The notes beneath the pieces were generated by a model. The model made no database searches. It was not told where the DNA came from and saw only the letters and a list, made by a program, of their open reading frames with translations. Positions 53,869 through 56,571 of a stretch of 56,571 bases of DNA are shown here, piece after piece. The DNA is taken from the IMG/VR virus record IMGVR_UViG_3300042914_004203, positions 1 through 56,571 of that record; one strand, written 5' to 3'. The position numbers were made by a program, and so were the translations under genes. Numbering within the stretch: position 1 is the first letter of the stretch; each line of letters starts with the position of its first letter. The stretch is from a virus (taxonomy: Duplodnaviria; Caudoviricetes).

Positions 53869-54200
53869 CTATTATCTCCGCTTCCTTTTATTTTATCTCT
53901 TTTTAATCGGTCTGCAAGTTTAATTAAATTAGATTTTGCTACATCTTCAAGATTAACTCCAAGTTCATCTGCCATAGTTGCACAATACCAGAGAACATCG
54001 CCAAGTTCAGCGTAAAGGTCTGCCTTGTGGACTTCTTCGAGCTTCCCGCCGTTATCTCTCATTATTTTCTTGACTTTGTTAGCAACTTCACCAGCTTCAC
54101 CAGCAAGTCCTAGTGCTGTATAATAAAGTCCTTGGTTTGGGAAAACTCTTGGGTAAAAAGCGGTTCTACTAGCATTAGTCTGATAGTTATTAAAGGTCAT
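53865..54200 (-). CDS. MazG-like nucleotide pyrophosphohydrolase
   Basis: LGLAGEAGEVANKVKK, ELGDVLWY, NLIKL and GSGDNR motifs. Confidence 0.88.
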   Translation of the reverse strand: MTFNNYQTNASRTAFYPRVFPNQGLYYTALGLAGEAGEVANKVKKIMRDNGGKLEEVHKADLYAELGDVLWYCATMADELGVNLEDVAKSNLIKLADRLKRDKIKGSGDNR

Positions 54201-54427
54201 TTCTTCTTCTTTTTCTTGTTCTTTTCAGCGATTTGTTCTGCAAGCTCTAATCCCTTAATTAGTGCATAATTAAAACCAATACTAATAAACTGGTCATCGG
54301 TAATAACTTGCTTGCCAAGGTCAAGAAAATAACTTCTGTGATGATCGCTCATATCTACATCAACATCATAAACATTTTTCTTCTTAAACTTACCGATTTT
54401 AAGATAGTTGGAGTCTTTAATTTTCAT
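54197..54427 (-). CDS. Hypothetical protein
   Basis: 76-aa ORF with ATGA coupling to the next gene. Confidence 0.6.
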   Translation of the reverse strand: MKIKDSNYLKIGKFKKKNVYDVDVDMSDHHRSYFLDLGKQVITDDQFISIGFNYALIKGLELAEQIAEKNKKKKKK

Positions 54428-54526
54428 TTTACCTACTAATTGATATAATAAAAGCAGTAATTAAACCTTTAATCACTCCTACAAAAAAACCTAACTCAAA
54501 CATAATTGTAGAAAAAATTTTGTTCA

Positions 54527-54709
54527 TTAACAGAGTTTCCTCTTTTTTCCATCTTTTGTCAATAGTAATTTACTACGCATCTTTTCAAATTTTTTAATTA
54601 TAATAGGATTTTCTACATTTCTTAATGCCATATCAATAGCATAAATCAATGATATTTTATCATCAGAACCTAACTGATTAAGCTCTGGAGTCATTCGCCA
54701 GCTACTCAT
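54527..54709 (-). CDS. Hypothetical protein
   Basis: 60-aa ORF overlapping the upstream stop. Confidence 0.55.
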   Translation of the reverse strand: MSSWRMTPELNQLGSDDKISLIYAIDMALRNVENPIIIKKFEKMRSKLLLTKDGKKRKLC

Positions 54710-54894
54710 TCTGAATTACCTTTAGTTTTAAAACAAAAGATTTTGCTAGTCCAATCAAAGTTTTTGGCTGGATAACCTTTGATATTTAATTTTGGAAGTG
54801 GCCTTTGCATCAAAGCGAGAGTTTGATCGAGTTTATCCTCGATACGCTTTAATGTTTCATTTATTTCAATTAATTCTTTTTTTGATAGTGCCAT
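54706..54894 (-). CDS. Hypothetical protein
   Basis: 62-aa ORF in an operon. Confidence 0.55.
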   Translation of the reverse strand: MALSKKELIEINETLKRIEDKLDQTLALMQRPLPKLNIKGYPAKNFDWTSKIFCFKTKGNSE

Positions 54895-54895
54895 A

Positions 54896-55132
54896 TTAAA
54901 ATTCCTTTCTAAAAACTTTTACATTAGCATTAGGGTCATCTTGACCATTATCCATCATATTGTATTTACTATTATAGAAACTTTGGTTATCTTCGTCCAT
55001 ACCAACAGGAAACCAACCTTCTTTTTCTTGGACTTTATCTACACTTGCACATCCAATAAAAAAGAATGTAAGAAGAATCCAAGCAATCACAACCATAATG
55101 AAGGCAACTGCTCTACGAAGATTAAACATCAT
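54896..55132 (-). CDS. Small lipoprotein
   Basis: Hydrophobic signal ending FIGC. Confidence 0.55.
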   Translation of the reverse strand: MMFNLRRAVAFIMVVIAWILLTFFFIGCASVDKVQEKEGWFPVGMDEDNQSFYNSKYNMMDNGQDDPNANVKVFRKEF

Positions 55133-55318
55133 CTCTTAGTCCAATCGTTTGACGAATTATTTTATTCTCTTTTGCTTCTATAATTTCTGCAACGCTTAAC
55201 CTTGCGTCTTGGCAAGGAGAAAAATTACAAAACCAAGCTATGAAGAATATATCTATTGGCGACCACATATTTTTAGTTTATGTTAGTTTTATGTTTGTTG
55301 CAAGTTTTTTAAAAAAAT

Positions 55319-55354
55319 AAATAGGGCATCGGGGATTAGCCCAATGCCCTATTA
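55319..55354 (-). terminator. Terminator hairpin after the DUF1508-like gene
   Basis: AATAGGGCAT/ATGCCCTATT inverted repeat with a U-rich tail on the minus strand. Confidence 0.75.
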
Positions 55355-55358
55355 TTAA

Positions 55359-55520
55359 TTACTTGGTCGAGACAGAAACTACTTGACCACCAGTTTTGTT
55401 AGCGAAACGCTTACTGGCGATCTTTGCACCACGGAGGGTAGGGTAGCTCTTTGGAGCTACAACTACTTGTCCGTTGGTAGCTTTTACTGACCAAGTATAT
55501 TGGGTTTGAGTTGTATTCAT
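55359..55520 (-). CDS. YegP/DUF1508-like small protein (53 aa, not in the ORF track)
   Basis: YTWSVKATNGQVVVAPKSYPTLRGAK matches the WxLKAxNGxII..Y pattern; TTGACA-N17-TAATAT-N6-ATG and its own terminator. Confidence 0.65.
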   Translation of the reverse strand: MNTTQTQYTWSVKATNGQVVVAPKSYPTLRGAKIASKRFANKTGGQVVSVSTK

Positions 55521-56106
55521 ATTGTTATATTAGTATATATTTGAGATAATGTCAATATATTATTTATTATTTTTAAATTTCTCCATATCGCCTTGGTCAT
55601 CAGCATCTTCTCTATTAAAGATGGGTTTCTTGGATTTAAATTTAACTTTCTTGGTATTGCCCCAAGGATTCATACCAGAGTTTTTGATAGTCGAAGCTAT
55701 CTTCTTTACTTCTTTTAGTTCTTGTTTTGTTAGTGGCATAAACTATATATAATGTTTTTTTGTTAAAAAATCAATGTTTTTTTAATCTATCTTAAATCTT
55801 ATATCGCTACCGATAAGTTCAGAGGTTTGGTTAAGCATTTTCACAAAATTTGCCTCATCTAAAATAACAATAAAATCTTCTGCACGATATTTGGAGGAAT
55901 CTAATTTAACCCATATTAATTGGTTAGACAATCCGTAGCAGGTTTTCATAAACCTAAATCAAAGAATATATTATCTTTAAGATAAGATATCTTTTCTCCT
56001 AGCACTTTTATTCATACTAGAATATGTTATATTATATATAATTTCTTGTCAATGTCTATTTTTACAACCAGAGCAACCGCAACCTAACTTAATACCAAGC
56101 AACCAT

Positions 56107-56307
56107 TTAAACGCTTTTTTTAGCACTTTTCTTTTTAGCTTTCTTCTTCTTTGGTTTGGCTTCAATTTCTTCGACTTCTTCTATCTTATCCCATTGAGCA
56201 TCAATCTGTTTTAACTCTTTTGCTAAAGTAATCTTATCTTGAATAGCCCAAACTGCATCTTGAATTTTCCACTTAACTGAATCTAAAATATCTAATAGCC
56301 AGTTCAT
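56107..56307 (-). CDS. Hypothetical protein with a Lys-rich tail
   Basis: 66-aa ORF ending KPKKKKAKKKSAKKSV. Confidence 0.6.
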   Translation of the reverse strand: MNWLLDILDSVKWKIQDAVWAIQDKITLAKELKQIDAQWDKIEEVEEIEAKPKKKKAKKKSAKKSV

Positions 56308-56571
56308 ACGAACCTAACTCCAAAAATGCTACCGAGGATAAAACAAGAGGAAATAATTAAAAGTTCCATAAGTTCCTTATTTACCATTACACCTAATTTT
56401 TAGCCTTTTCCTTGGATTTTTTATTATGCTCTAGGACTTCATCTAGATATTTGTTAATCATATTCTTGATCGTGCGTTCTTTTTCGTGATCTTTATGAAA
56501 ATAGGTTTTATCTAATTTTAATAGTTCATCTCGCCAATGATTTAAACTAGCGATATGCTCTGATAGAAATT

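Noticed and set aside
35585-55752. Track ORFs opposite to or spanning early genes, elements or RNAs (for example 35585, 35712, 36050, 37550, 37925, 38403, 38775, 39343, 39992, 41196, 41272, 44961, 47053, 48745, 53587, 55549)
   Set aside because: They lack the promoter signature and overlap promoter-supported genes, palindromic elements or structured RNAs.
1-56571. Stop-codon reassignment
   Set aside because: Core genes are full length under code 11, coding density is high and no suppressor tRNA was found.

Overview
A 56.6-kb AT-rich segment of a large tailed dsDNA phage (Caudoviricetes), read with the standard genetic code. Weak hints point to a Verrucomicrobia/PVC-type host. Bases 1-35.4 kb form a mostly minus-strand late block. 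It holds the major capsid, decoration and protease-scaffold genes, a lysis cassette, duplicated fibre-like modules, portal, terminase large subunit, an ERCC4 nuclease, a phage sigma factor, a glycosyl/sulfotransferase cluster, a BspA-type LRR protein, PhoH and a LamG protein. Many of these genes have a GTGTAA motif just upstream. Bases 35.7-56.6 kb are an accessory/early region of small genes, most behind TTGACA-N16-TAnnnT-N6-ATG leaderless promoters, plus eight tRNAs. Three things stand out. (1) Ten intergenic elements built from a 25-bp palindrome, eight of them as two palindromes separated by an invariant 23-bp GC-rich spacer, partition 35.8-45.9 kb into promoter-plus-gene cassettes that include duplicated paralogues. 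(2) A ~700-bp ORF-free locus at 48.2-48.9 kb holds a pseudoknotted RNA followed by a group I intron catalytic core with no visible host gene. (3) There are atypical tRNAs: a UAU tRNA with a long variable arm, a Leu tRNA with a short one, and a D-arm-less tRNA-like RNA. All protein family calls come from motif recognition, not database searches.
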